This document shows, one piece after another, positions 36,939 to 46,584 of a stretch of 64,000 bases of DNA. Location of the stretch: contig CAZRBB010000003.1 in NCBI GenBank assembly GCA_964598205.1, forward strand, positions 115,186-179,185, written 5' to 3'. The position numbers were made by a program, and so were the translations under genes. Under the pieces are notes generated by a model. It was not told the origin of the DNA. It did no database searches and saw nothing but the letters and a program-made list of their open reading frames with translations. Positions within the stretch are counted from its first letter, which is position 1, and each line of letters opens with the position of its first letter. This DNA is from an uncultured Candidatus Saccharibacteria bacterium (GTDB lineage Bacteria > Patescibacteriota > Minisyncoccia > CAIUEV01 > JAHKAQ01).

Positions 36939-37982
36939 CTACTCGCCAATTCCTTTAAATAACGGCATGCCAGAAGCAGGGTTAATTGGAATATAGATGG
37001 TTCCTTGGCGATCCTTTAGTTCTTTAATGTAAAGGTATTTTAAATATTCATTGGTCAAGCTTTCGTTGATTATTTTTTGGGCATCTCGTTGACCTCCGGC
37101 TTCAATAATTTTTCTTTCGGCTTCTTTCTTTTCTTTGGCTAAAAGAAATTCATAGGTTTGTGATTCTTGCTCAGCTTTTAATTTTTCTTGAATGGCTTGG
37201 GTAAGATTGGCTGGAAGAAGGACATCGCGAATTACCACATCTTCGGCAATAATGCCACGGGGATCTAGCTTGCTTTTTAGGTAGTCCAAAATTTCCTTAC
37301 CGGCAACTTGTCTTTTTTCTGAATAAACTTCTTTTGCATCATAACGGGCAACAATTTCTCTAATGGCGCCTCTAATTTCTGGGCGGATTATTTTTTCTTC
37401 GTAGTCAATACCTAATTCTCGGTAAACATCAGAAGCCTTGGTTTCTTCGAGGTGGTAAAGGGCGGTAATGTCTAGACTAACATTCAAACCTTCTTTAGTA
37501 AGTGCAGTAATGGAATCGTCGTTTTTTCTTTGACCCTCACCAATGGCGCGACTCATGGTGTATTGTTCAGTGCGGACGCTTAATTTTTGAACCTTTCCAA
37601 AGGGATTAATAATATGGAATCCAGAGCGGAGCTCAGTGTCTTTGACTTTACCAAATAAGGAATAAATACCGGTTTGTCCAGCGTCTATAATAACAAAAGA
37701 AGCAGAGGCCAGCCAAACAAGCAAAAGGACAACGACAATACTCAAAAATATCTTCTTGGAACTTCCAGGGAGGTTTACGGTAGCGGATTTGTAAAGGTTG
37801 GTTGGCTCACTCATTTTTTTATTGAACAAATTATTAAGGGGTAATCTTTTTCTAAAAACTTTAAAAATCAGGAATAAAAGAACTAGAATAAAAAACCAGC
37901 TTTTGGAAGCAACAAGAAAGAGGAAGATAATTATTGAAAAAACAATCAATACCAATTTTGTCTTGAGATTTGCTTCGTTCAT
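36939..37982 (-). CDS. SPFH/band-7 domain protein (HflK/HflC-like)
   Basis: N-terminal TM, SPFH core, and a C-terminal coiled coil rich in E/K/Q. Confidence 0.7.
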   Translation of the reverse strand: MNEANLKTKLVLIVFSIIIFLFLVASKSWFFILVLLFLIFKVFRKRLPLNNLFNKKMSEPTNLYKSATVNLPGSSKKIFLSIVVVLLLVWLASASFVIIDAGQTGIYSLFGKVKDTELRSGFHIINPFGKVQKLSVRTEQYTMSRAIGEGQRKNDDSITALTKEGLNVSLDITALYHLEETKASDVYRELGIDYEEKIIRPEIRGAIREIVARYDAKEVYSEKRQVAGKEILDYLKSKLDPRGIIAEDVVIRDVLLPANLTQAIQEKLKAEQESQTYEFLLAKEKKEAERKIIEAGGQRDAQKIINESLTNEYLKYLYIKELKDRQGTIYIPINPASGMPLFKGIGE

Positions 37983-38803
37983 TATTTTACTTCGTAGCTA
38001 ATATTAACATCAATAATAATCTCTTCTTTGCCGGGGGTAATTTGTGGAGTACCAACGCCTCCGTCCACGGCCATTCCGCTATAAGCAACATTATTTAGAT
38101 CTGGTGATTGAATTAAGTTTTCGTACCAGCCGGTTATTTTGCCCAACTTAACGCCTGCTGTTTTGGCTGTTTCTTGAGATTGCTTTTTAGCATCTTGAAT
38201 TGCCAAGAGTCGAGCCCTTTGTTTTAAATCACTTAGCTTAGAAGAAGTAAAAGCAACGCCTTTTATTTGGTTGGCGCCAGCTTCTGTGGCTTTGGCAACG
38301 GTTTTATTAACTAAATCTTTTCCAACTGAAAGGTCTTTAATAGAAACAATGACCATTTGATCGGCGTTATAGCCAGAAATAGTACTTGGTTCTCCGGTTT
38401 CTGTGACAAAGCTTTGCTTGGGATAAAGATTGTAAGCTAATGTCCGAATATCTTTTTTGGGAATACCAAGAGATTCTAGGGCAGGAATTATTTTCCCAAT
38501 GGTTGTATTTAGTTCTTGAATGGCAACATTGGCTGTGCTGGCATTATCAATACTTACCCCCAATGTAACTTCGGCAGTGTCAGGATCTAAAAGGACTTTT
38601 CCTTGTCCGGTAACATTAACTTGGTAATTGTTTTGGGACACCAAGCGCTCTCTTAAAATAGAGATAACAATAATTCCAAAAAAAAGAACGACTCCCAGAA
38701 TGAGCAGAACTTTTTTGAATTTGTTTTGACAACAGCAACTGGATCCGCAATTACACTGGGAATCGGTTTTTGTGGTATCGGACTTTGAGTCGAAGTTTTT
38801 CAT
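37982..38803 (-). CDS. SIMPL/DUF541 (BP26-like) periplasmic protein with a Cys-rich N-terminus
   Basis: TM anchor then DUF541-like YNLYPKQ...ISGYNADQMV. CNCGSSCCC lies near the N-terminus. Confidence 0.6.
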   Translation of the reverse strand: MKNFDSKSDTTKTDSQCNCGSSCCCQNKFKKVLLILGVVLFFGIIVISILRERLVSQNNYQVNVTGQGKVLLDPDTAEVTLGVSIDNASTANVAIQELNTTIGKIIPALESLGIPKKDIRTLAYNLYPKQSFVTETGEPSTISGYNADQMVIVSIKDLSVGKDLVNKTVAKATEAGANQIKGVAFTSSKLSDLKQRARLLAIQDAKKQSQETAKTAGVKLGKITGWYENLIQSPDLNNVAYSGMAVDGGVGTPQITPGKEEIIIDVNISYEVK

Positions 38804-39138
38804 GATAGATTTTAAAAATAATTGTTTTTTATTTTAGCATATTCTGTTTCATTGGGAATGATTTGTAAAGAAAGTAAAATTTAGAAATTGTTGAACAGCC
38901 ATCTTCTATGGAGCTCACTTGGACAGACAAGGCTCTGAGTCTGTCTACGCGAGCTCCATGGAAAATGGCCAGGGAAATATTGGTTGATTTTCAGAAGAAT
39001 TGTTCAGGCAAAAAGCCTCTTAAGCTTGCTTACACAAGCCCTCTAACTGATGTTAAATTTCTTTTTAAAAAATTATTTATATAATCTTTTAATTTAAGAG
39101 AAGCAAAGGTATAGTAGAAGAAGGTTTTTAAAAACAAA

Positions 39139-39894
39139 ATGAAAAAGATAGTTATTTTAATAGGACTTATTTTTGTACTGCTTTTAGTGGTGATGATTGG
39201 GCGTTTCTTTTATTTACGGGTGACTAATTCTCCTAAAATTATTCCAAGAATTGTGACCAAAGAAACTGGCAAGGTCGGGGAGCTAGAAAGTATTGAAGTT
39301 TTTAGGAAATCTATTTTGCAGAAAGAAACGGAAGAAAGAGAAAAGATAACCAAAGAAGACGAAAAGATAAAAGATTTTTGGCCTTATATTCCGTTATTTT
39401 TTAATAACGGATTTAGTTATTTAACGGTAGCGTCCGTTTCGCCGGATCCTGATTTTGGGACAGTTTTTACTCCTCACGGATCAGAAAAGATAGGGTCTTT
39501 GGCTGGATACGAAACAACTTATTGTCATCCAGAGAAGGGTTGTATTGTTCGGGTTAAAACAGAAAAACTAAATCCGGACACTTACGAAGGAGATAGGGTA
39601 AAGTTTTTTTATTCTTTAATGGTACTAACGAATTCTGGACAAAGGGAAGATGTAAAAAAGGAGCGGTATAATGGGTTGGAGTGTGAGTATGTGGAGAATG
39701 GAAACCTTGAAGATCTTCTTTTAGGTGTGACGGTGATTTATCTTCCAAGGGAAAAAATGATCACCACGGTTTCTTTTTTGGGAGAAATTTCTGAAGATAA
39801 GAAATTTAGAAACTGGGAAGAATTTTTAGATTTTAAGGTGAAATTTTTAAAAGAATTAACCAGTTACTACACTCGTCAGGGAGAGATAAAGTAA
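39139..39894 (+). CDS. Hypothetical membrane-anchored protein
   Basis: 251-aa ORF with an N-terminal TM; no motif recognised. Confidence 0.5.
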   Translation: MKKIVILIGLIFVLLLVVMIGRFFYLRVTNSPKIIPRIVTKETGKVGELESIEVFRKSILQKETEEREKITKEDEKIKDFWPYIPLFFNNGFSYLTVASVSPDPDFGTVFTPHGSEKIGSLAGYETTYCHPEKGCIVRVKTEKLNPDTYEGDRVKFFYSLMVLTNSGQREDVKKERYNGLECEYVENGNLEDLLLGVTVIYLPREKMITTVSFLGEISEDKKFRNWEEFLDFKVKFLKELTSYYTRQGEIK

Positions 39895-39988
39895 GAAAAG
39901 TCAGGTCAACTTGAATTTTCTTAGGAATTAACAAAAGCAACTAGAAAGTTGAAAATCAGTTTTTATTTTCTATTGAAGATGTTTAAGT

Positions 39989-40065
39989 TGGTCGGGGCAG
40001 CCGGACTTGAACCGGCGACCTCACGCACCCCATGCGTACGCGCTAGCCAACTGCGCTATGCCCCG
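39989..40065 (-). tRNA. tRNA-Pro (anticodon GGG), CCA encoded
   Basis: Reverse complement CGGGGCATAGCGCAGTTGGCTAGCGCGTACGCATGGGGTGCGTGAGGTCGCCGGTTCAAGTCCGGCTGCCCCGACCA. Anticodon loop ATGGGGT with G37. Confidence 0.85.
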
Positions 40066-40210
40066 ATAGGAACTATATATGTTTAACAAAAAGCATATAG
40101 GTTCTTAAATTAATGGATTTTCTTGATTGCTGCAACCAGAAAGAAAAATTTTAGTGGGCTGGGGGAATTTTTTTTGTTACAATCAGTAGTAAATCAATTA
40201 ATAAATTTCT

Positions 40211-41053
40211 ATGGAAGAGAAACAAGCGCTAAACAAAGAAATTTGGTCAGATCTATCTAAAATTTGGGCGGTAGGGATTCCTCCTTGGCGACCATCTAAG
40301 ATGGAAGTTGATATTTACAGGGAATGCTTAGAAAATATAAAACATAAAACGGGAAATAAAATAAAAGCCTTGCTTTTAGGAGCAACGCCGGAGTTGAGAG
40401 ATCTTTTGGCAAAACAAGATATTGAAACAACAATTGTGGATATTAATCCCAATATGGTTCGGGCCATGGAGGAACTTTTGGAGTATTCTAATGGTAAAGA
40501 AGAAGTAGTAATTGCCAATTGGTTAAGCATTCCCTTAGAAGCCGAGCAATTCGATTTAGTGCTTTGTGATCAAGGCTTGCACCATATTTTCTTTGAACAA
40601 TGGGATGATTTTTTTAGGGAGATTTCTCGCTTGCTAAAAAAAGACGGCTCTTTTTTATTGGGAATAGTTACAGTAAACAAGGCAGAGGGGGTAACGGCAG
40701 AGCAAGTAATTGATTCTTACAAAAAGTCTATCTTTACCAAAGAAGACTCTTTTTATTTTAATTATCGCTTTTGGGTGAACTTGAAAGATATAGAAGGAAA
40801 AAAGCATTATAAGTTCGTAGAAGATATTAACACTGCTTTAGAGGAGTTTGTAAAAAAAGGACAAATCAAGAGAGAGGAGCTTGAATTTTTAAAGTTGCCG
40901 GGACCGGCAGCGAACTTTAAAGTAGTAATGCCTCCCAAAGAAGTGATAGACGAAGTTTTTTCAAAACATATGCTTATTAAAGCAGTGAAAAGCGATTTTA
41001 CTCATCCGGTTTTTTCTTGTCATAAAATCTATTTTGGAAAAGTAAAAAAATAA
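40211..41053 (+). CDS. Class I SAM-dependent methyltransferase-fold protein with a degenerate Gly loop
   Basis: LLGATPE (motif I-like), acidic residue in IVDIN, FDLVLCDQGLHH, and LLKKDGSFLL (motif III). Confidence 0.5.
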   Translation: MEEKQALNKEIWSDLSKIWAVGIPPWRPSKMEVDIYRECLENIKHKTGNKIKALLLGATPELRDLLAKQDIETTIVDINPNMVRAMEELLEYSNGKEEVVIANWLSIPLEAEQFDLVLCDQGLHHIFFEQWDDFFREISRLLKKDGSFLLGIVTVNKAEGVTAEQVIDSYKKSIFTKEDSFYFNYRFWVNLKDIEGKKHYKFVEDINTALEEFVKKGQIKREELEFLKLPGPAANFKVVMPPKEVIDEVFSKHMLIKAVKSDFTHPVFSCHKIYFGKVKK

Positions 41054-41064
41054 TTTTTAAAAAA

Positions 41065-41781
41065 ATGTCGAGCTTAGTTTTTGATATTGAAACAGTGGGA
41101 GAGGATTTTAAAAAGATGGATAAAGAAACCCAAGAGGCGCTGACTTATTGGATAGAAAGGGAGTCGATGGGGGAAACGGAATATAAAAAAAATGTGGATC
41201 GGGTAAAAGAACGCTTAGGGCTTTCTCCCTTAACTGGAAGAGTGGTTTCGGTGGCCTTGGTGAATCCCGACACTAATAAAGGGGCAGTTTATTTTTCTGC
41301 TCCTAATCAAAAAATTAAAGATTTTAAAAAGGGAGAAGTAGAGTTTGTGGTTACTACGGAGAAAGGAATTTTGGAAAGGTTTTGGGCAGCGGCAGAAAAA
41401 TACGATGAATTTGTAACTTATAACGGTCATTCTTTTGATGTGCCTTTTTTGATTATGCGTTCCATGGCACACAAAATAAAACCCACTAAGAATATTATGT
41501 CTAACCGTTATTACCGAAGCCAGGATCCCAAGGCACGCCATGTGGATTTAATGGACCAGTTTACTTTTTACGGAGCAGTACCTAATCGACCGAAGCTACA
41601 CTTGGTTTGCCGGGCCCTAGGAATCAAGAGTCCTAAGGAAGAAGGTATTTCTGGTGCGGATGTGGCAAAATTATTTGCCAAAGGTTACTACAAAAAAATT
41701 GCTGAGTATAATTTACGAGACACATTGGCTACGGCTAGTGTTTATCGGGCTTGGAGGGAGTATCTTCGTTTCGGCTATTAG
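41065..41781 (+). CDS. DEDDy 3'-5' exonuclease, RNase H-like (PolB-exo/YprB-like)
   Basis: Exo I FDIETVGE, Exo II YNGHSFDVPFL, Exo III YNLRDTLATASVY. Confidence 0.65.
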   Translation: MSSLVFDIETVGEDFKKMDKETQEALTYWIERESMGETEYKKNVDRVKERLGLSPLTGRVVSVALVNPDTNKGAVYFSAPNQKIKDFKKGEVEFVVTTEKGILERFWAAAEKYDEFVTYNGHSFDVPFLIMRSMAHKIKPTKNIMSNRYYRSQDPKARHVDLMDQFTFYGAVPNRPKLHLVCRALGIKSPKEEGISGADVAKLFAKGYYKKIAEYNLRDTLATASVYRAWREYLRFGY

Positions 41782-41786
41782 GGGAG

Positions 41787-41854
41787 GGCTTATGCGGTTG
41801 GCACATTTCTTCGTTAAAACCTCCGTCGCTTGCTCACCATAATCTAATTACGCC
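41787..41854 (+). repeat. Dispersed TIR repeat family, copy D (3'-truncated)
   Basis: ggcttatgcggttggcacatttcttcgttaaaacctccgtcgcttgctcaccataatctaattacgcc. Confidence 0.75.
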
Positions 41855-42762
41855 AAAGTTTCTTTGGTTACTTCTTTTTTATTTATCTTAAAAAGGCCGA
41901 CTAATCTCCCTAGCCAAAAAATAATTTCCATTAAAAGGAAGAAGGGGAGTTCAAAAAGAAAGGCAACGGTTTTTAAAGTTAAAAACAAACCAAGGGCTAA
42001 GCCAAAAGCGGAAAGAGGGTTTGTTTTTTCTAAGGAATTTAAATAATCTTCTATTTTTTGATTAATAATTTGGTTAAATATTTCTGAAATTTTTAGTTGG
42101 GGATCAAGCTCCATTTTCCAAGATTTTTCTAAAGTAGCGAGATATTTATTTACTTCTAGGGCAGAAGGTTCTTGGGAGGACTCTTCTTTTAATGATTTAG
42201 AAATTGCTTGTTCTAAGGAAAGCGAAGAATCATAGCCGATTACTCCTAATTGGGAGAAGCTTTTGGTTTTTTTCAGAATAAAATCGGTAGTTTTTTGGGT
42301 TAAGGCTAAGCGAAGCGGTGGAAGGTGTTTGTTTTCGTGTTTTTTCGTTAGCTCAGAAAAGTAGAGACCGGATCCAGCAAGGAAAAGAGATGTGGTAATT
42401 AGAGAATAGCTTACCAAAAGGGTGGCACTGACCTTTATTTTAACGGAATTTTTAAGATGTCTTTTTGTTTTCTGGGCTCCAGCAGCAAAAAAGATAATAG
42501 CCAAAATTAAGGCGATAGAGGAAATAAGGCCAAAGCTGATAATTAATATAGGAAGGAAACTTAGGACAGAAATAAAAAGGGCAAAGCGGAAAGAAAGAAA
42601 AATTACCCAAAAAATAGCGATCAGGAAAATAAGAAAATAACCAAGAAGGGAAGCCCAGCTAAAACGCTGCCCTTTAAGGAATGAAAAGGCACAGAACCAA
42701 CCGGCTCCGGAGCCAAAGAGAGCAGCTAAAGAAAAAAACCAAAGACTAAGCTTGTTGGTCAT
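41848..42762 (-). CDS. Hypothetical polytopic membrane protein
   Basis: 304-aa ORF with multiple TM segments; overlaps the next gene. Confidence 0.5.
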   Translation of the reverse strand: MTNKLSLWFFSLAALFGSGAGWFCAFSFLKGQRFSWASLLGYFLIFLIAIFWVIFLSFRFALFISVLSFLPILIISFGLISSIALILAIIFFAAGAQKTKRHLKNSVKIKVSATLLVSYSLITTSLFLAGSGLYFSELTKKHENKHLPPLRLALTQKTTDFILKKTKSFSQLGVIGYDSSLSLEQAISKSLKEESSQEPSALEVNKYLATLEKSWKMELDPQLKISEIFNQIINQKIEDYLNSLEKTNPLSAFGLALGLFLTLKTVAFLFELPFFLLMEIIFWLGRLVGLFKINKKEVTKETLA

Positions 42763-43315
42763 AAGAAGTCTTTTGGGTAGAAGAGGGAATAACTTTTAAA
42801 ACCGCTAAGGCTAAAAGTCCTCCGGTAAGAGCGGTGATTAGTTGAGGCCATTGCATTATGGTGGCGATTGGTTGGGGGAGATGAAAAAATAGGGCGCTAG
42901 CGCCAGCAATTATTATTGATTTAGAAACGGCACTAATAATTACTGCTCCTAATTGATTTTTAGAAAATAATTTAGAAAAAATAAAAGCAAGAACAATGTT
43001 TCCCAAGATAATAAAAGGAATCATTGGAACTAATGGTATTGGCAAAAGACCACGGGTGGCGGCGATTAGCGAAGGAATTGTGGCGGGAAGAAGGGAGCCA
43101 ACGGTCTTGATTTTAGCGGCGGCTAAGAAAATAATTAGATTAACCAAAATACCGGTAATCCATTGATTGTGAGGAGTATGCGCTAAAATTGCGGGAATAA
43201 TTAAGGCCAAAAGAGTAAAACCAAAAGACAGAGCGATATTTTTTACAAAGACTTTTTGCAAAAGAGAGGCGCCGTAATTTTTTTGTGTAGCGACTTTTAT
43301 TTGAGACTCATTCAT
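42746..43315 (-). CDS. Small polytopic membrane protein (possible transporter substrate-capture component)
   Basis: 189 aa with 5-6 TM segments. Confidence 0.45.
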   Translation of the reverse strand: MNESQIKVATQKNYGASLLQKVFVKNIALSFGFTLLALIIPAILAHTPHNQWITGILVNLIIFLAAAKIKTVGSLLPATIPSLIAATRGLLPIPLVPMIPFIILGNIVLAFIFSKLFSKNQLGAVIISAVSKSIIIAGASALFFHLPQPIATIMQWPQLITALTGGLLALAVLKVIPSSTQKTSYDQQA

Positions 43316-43328
43316 TTTTATTTTTTAT

Positions 43329-43357
43329 ATTATTATAAGGATTTACGCGTAGCCGCA
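43329..43357 (+). repeat. Dispersed TIR repeat family, fragment E (left end only)
   Basis: ggatttacgcgtagccgcatatttcttt. Confidence 0.6.
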
Positions 43358-43470
43358 TATTTCTTTCTCATCTTACATTTTTGGAGATAAAATTTCAATC
43401 AATTGAGTTCTCTCGGTACAACGACTTGTTTCTCTTTTGTTAGAAAGTATAGAATGAAGAAAATATTACT

Positions 43471-44688
43471 ATGAACAATAAAAAACAATCAGCAGAAATT
43501 CCTTGGGCTGACCGCTTTCGTCCTCAAGAGATGTCAGAAATTGCAGGCCAGGAAGTCGTTTTTAAAAAAGGAAGTTTTTTGCACGGAATGATAGAAAAGG
43601 ATGCTCTTTTCTCTCTTATTTTTTGGGGTCCACCGGGGTCGGGGAAAACTAGTTTAGCTTTTGTGATTGCGAACAAAACAGGAGGGCGGTTTATTAATTT
43701 TTCGGCGGCTACTTCTGGTGTGCCAGAAATGAAAAAGGAAATAGAAAAGGCAAAAAAATTTTTAGAAGAGGAAAATCAAAAAACTATTCTTTTTATAGAT
43801 GAAATTCATCGCTTTAATAAAAGACAACAAGATGTTCTTTTACCTTATGTGGAAAAAGGAACGGTAATTTTAGTGGGAGCAACAACGGAAAATCCTAGCT
43901 TTGAAGTTAATGCGGCACTTTTGTCTCGGTCCAAAGTAGTGGTGTTAAAAAGAATAGATTCAGAATCAATGATTAAGATTTTGGATAGGGTTTGGGGAAT
44001 GGTTAAAAAAGAAAAACTTGCAGAATCAAAAAATAAAATTCGGCCGGAAGTTTTTAAACTAATTGCCTCCATGGCCAATGGGGATGCGCGGACGGCGATT
44101 AATACTCTGCAAATGGCTGTTCAAAGTGGCAAAGAAATCAGTTTGGAATTGATTAAGGAAATCTTTCAAAAGAGTCATTTATTTTACGATAAATCTGGAG
44201 AAGAACATTTTAATATTATTTCTGCATTGCATAAATCAATGCGTGGTGGTGACGCTGATGCTGCTGTTTATTGGCTTGCTAGAATGCTAGAAGGAGGGGA
44301 AGAGCCACTCTATATTGCTCGGCGCCTGGTACGGTTTGCTTCTGAAGATATTGGAATGGCTAATAACAGTGCTTTAATGCTGGCTGTTTCTGTTTACCAG
44401 GCATGTCACTTTTTAGGTCTTCCGGAATGCAATGTTCATTTGGCCCATTGTGTTATTTATTTGGCCAAATCTAAAAAAAGTGTGGCGGCTTATAAGGCAA
44501 TTAAAAGTGCTAAGGACGATGTGGTTCGTTTTGGAAATTTACCGGTGCCGCTTCATATTAGAAACGCACCAACCAAGTTAATGCGGGATCTTGGCTACAG
44601 TAAGGGTTATCAATATTCTCCGGATCATGATTGGAAAGAAAATCAAGATTATTTTCCTGACCGCTTAAAAAAAAGAAAGTATCTTTAA
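43471..44688 (+). CDS. rarA: Replication-associated recombination protein A (MgsA/RarA AAA+ ATPase)
   Basis: GPPGSGKTS, DEIHRFNK, and C-terminal MgsA domain ARMLEGGEEPLYIARRL. Confidence 0.9.
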   Translation: MNNKKQSAEIPWADRFRPQEMSEIAGQEVVFKKGSFLHGMIEKDALFSLIFWGPPGSGKTSLAFVIANKTGGRFINFSAATSGVPEMKKEIEKAKKFLEEENQKTILFIDEIHRFNKRQQDVLLPYVEKGTVILVGATTENPSFEVNAALLSRSKVVVLKRIDSESMIKILDRVWGMVKKEKLAESKNKIRPEVFKLIASMANGDARTAINTLQMAVQSGKEISLELIKEIFQKSHLFYDKSGEEHFNIISALHKSMRGGDADAAVYWLARMLEGGEEPLYIARRLVRFASEDIGMANNSALMLAVSVYQACHFLGLPECNVHLAHCVIYLAKSKKSVAAYKAIKSAKDDVVRFGNLPVPLHIRNAPTKLMRDLGYSKGYQYSPDHDWKENQDYFPDRLKKRKYL

Positions 44689-44762
44689 TGGCTAGCTTAT
44701 TAAACCAAAAGTTGTGTCTAGAAGTGTGCTATAATCGCCAAGAATAAGGATAAGTTTTTTAA

Positions 44763-45887
44763 ATGGAGCCTTTGACTATTTTTTTTGTTGTTTTAATTGT
44801 TGGCCTTTTGGGCTTGTCTTTTTATTTTTACCAAAAGCTAAAAGAGTTAGAGATTAAAAAGGAAGTAGGAAGAGGCGAGGAGCAGAGAACGCTTTTGTCT
44901 TTAATGAATGAAATTAGGAGAGATATTGCGGATTCTGCCGGAGTGAATCGAAGAGAACTTCAGGGAAGATTAGATAAAATCGGTGACAATCTTACTAGGG
45001 GTATTAGTCATTCTACTGATTCTGTGGAGCGGCAGTTTAAAGAAAGTCGAGCATTAATTCAGGAGACAGCTAAAAAAATAGCCGAGTTTGAACGGACTAA
45101 CGAAAAGATTGCTGGTTTTGCTGGACAGTTGCAGAGTTTAGAAAATATTCTTTTGAATCCTAAACAAAGAGGAGTGTTAGGAGAATATTATTTGGAAACA
45201 ATGCTTAAAAATGTTTTTGAACCAGGGCAATACCAAATGCAGTATAAATTTCCCGATGGAGAAATTGTTGATGCGGTGATTTTTTATCAGAAAAAGATTT
45301 TGCCAATAGATTCTAAATTCTCCATGGAGAACTATAACAAAATGATTTCCGAAAGAGATCCAGAAAGGAAAAAACTTTTAGGAAAAAAATTAGTTGCCGA
45401 TTTTAAAAACCGAATTCAAGAAACAGCACGCTATATTAAGGTCAAGCACAATACATTTGATTTTGCTTTTATGTTCATTCCTTCAGAAGGAGTTTTCTAT
45501 GATGTTTTGGCTGCTAGGGTCGGTTCGCTAAAGGAAACTTCTTTTAGTTTAATGGAGTATGCTCACCAAAGGAAGGTGATCATTGTTTCTCCTAGTTCCT
45601 TTTTTGCCTACTTACAAACAATTCTTCACGGTCTTCGTGCTGTTGATTTAAGAGAGTCGGTGGATTTTATTTTAAAAAGAATAGAACAATTAAATCGGCA
45701 TCTTGTTTCTTATGAAGTTTATTTTTCTAAGCTAGGAAAAAGTCTTTCTTCTTCAGTAATTGCTTATAATCAGTCTTCAAAGGAATTTGCCAAAATTGAT
45801 AAAGATATATACCGTATTACAGAGGGTCGTGAAGGCGGTAAGCTTAATTTAGAAGAGCTGGAAAGGCCCTCTGCCATTGATTCTTAG
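44763..45887 (+). CDS. rmuC: DNA recombination protein RmuC
   Basis: N-terminal TM plus coiled coil, then the RmuC core FMFIPSEGVFYDVL. Confidence 0.8.
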   Translation: MEPLTIFFVVLIVGLLGLSFYFYQKLKELEIKKEVGRGEEQRTLLSLMNEIRRDIADSAGVNRRELQGRLDKIGDNLTRGISHSTDSVERQFKESRALIQETAKKIAEFERTNEKIAGFAGQLQSLENILLNPKQRGVLGEYYLETMLKNVFEPGQYQMQYKFPDGEIVDAVIFYQKKILPIDSKFSMENYNKMISERDPERKKLLGKKLVADFKNRIQETARYIKVKHNTFDFAFMFIPSEGVFYDVLAARVGSLKETSFSLMEYAHQRKVIIVSPSSFFAYLQTILHGLRAVDLRESVDFILKRIEQLNRHLVSYEVYFSKLGKSLSSSVIAYNQSSKEFAKIDKDIYRITEGREGGKLNLEELERPSAIDS

Positions 45888-45973
45888 CCGATATGGTGAA
45901 ATTGGTAGACACGCGACACTCAAAATGTCGTGGACTTCGGTCCATGTCGGTTCGACTCCGACTATCGGCACCA
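45887..45973 (+). tRNA. tRNA-Leu (anticodon CAA), class II long variable arm, CCA encoded
   Basis: GCCGATATGGTGAAATTGGTAGACACGCGACACTCAAAATGTCGTGGACTTCGGTCCATGTCGGTTCGACTCCGACTATCGGCACCA. Confidence 0.9.
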
Positions 45974-46026
45974 GGATTCTTGCCCCTCTTGGCGGGTCTA
46001 TGCTAGAATAGACCGACAGGAGCAGG

Positions 46027-46097
46027 AGAATTACGAATTACGAATTACGAATTACGAATTACGAATTACGAATTACGAATTAGTTAATTAGTTAATA
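46027..46097 (+). repeat. Tandem heptamer (GAATTAC)x8 followed by (TTAGTTAA)x2
   Basis: Read directly in the sequence, between tRNA-Leu and hup. Confidence 0.9.
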
Positions 46098-46106
46098 AAA
46101 ACAGTA

Positions 46107-46376
46107 ATGAACAAAGGAGAACTGATTGAGGTTGTGGCTAAGAAGCTTAAAATGCCTAAGGCCCAGGTTCAAAGAGTGATTGACGAGACTCTAGGGCTCG
46201 TTAAAAAGACAATGAAGATTAAGAAGGTTCAATTGATTGGGTTTGGAACCTTCCAAGCGGTCAAGAGAAAGAAAAGAGAAGGAGTTAATCCAGCCACTGG
46301 TAAAAAGATTACTATTCCTGCCAAAAGAGTTCCTAAGTTTAAGGCTGGTCAAGCAATGAAAGACGCTGTTAAATAG
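46107..46376 (+). CDS. hup: DNA-binding protein HU
   Basis: MNKGELIEVVAKK...GFGTF...R.GVNPATGKKI.IPA HU/IHF fold. Confidence 0.9.
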   Translation: MNKGELIEVVAKKLKMPKAQVQRVIDETLGLVKKTMKIKKVQLIGFGTFQAVKRKKREGVNPATGKKITIPAKRVPKFKAGQAMKDAVK

Positions 46377-46405
46377 ACAACTATTCCGGTTCATTTTTAG
46401 GTAAA

Positions 46406-46437
46406 ACACCGCGGAATTATTCTGCGGTGTTTTTTTG
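46406..46437 (+). terminator. Rho-independent terminator after hup
   Basis: acaccgc-ggaattattct-gcggtgt + TTTTTTT. Confidence 0.75.
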
Positions 46438-46470
46438 ACAGAGAGAGTGTTTTTTTGGTTAAATGAGTTA

Positions 46471-46560
46471 GAACTTACACGCTTGGCACATTTCTTTATT
46501 AAAACCTGCGTCACTCGCTTACTCGGTTTTGCCTAGAACTGTGCTCAAGCGTGTAAGTCC
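46471..46560 (+). repeat. Dispersed TIR repeat family, copy F (internally deleted; 15-bp perfect TIR acttacacgcttg.../...caagcgtgtaagt)
   Basis: gaacttacacgcttggcacatttctttattaaaacctgcgtcactcgcttactcggttttgcctagaactgtgctcaagcgtgtaagtcc. Confidence 0.8.
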
Positions 46561-46584
46561 TATAAGTTTAAACTAAATAAAAAA

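Noticed and set aside
38896-38965. CCATGG/GAGCTC (NcoI/SacI-like) sites in the inverted repeat, as a possible vector polylinker contaminant
   Set aside because: Only short hexamers are shared, with no extended vector-like sequence. The surroundings are native low-GC DNA.
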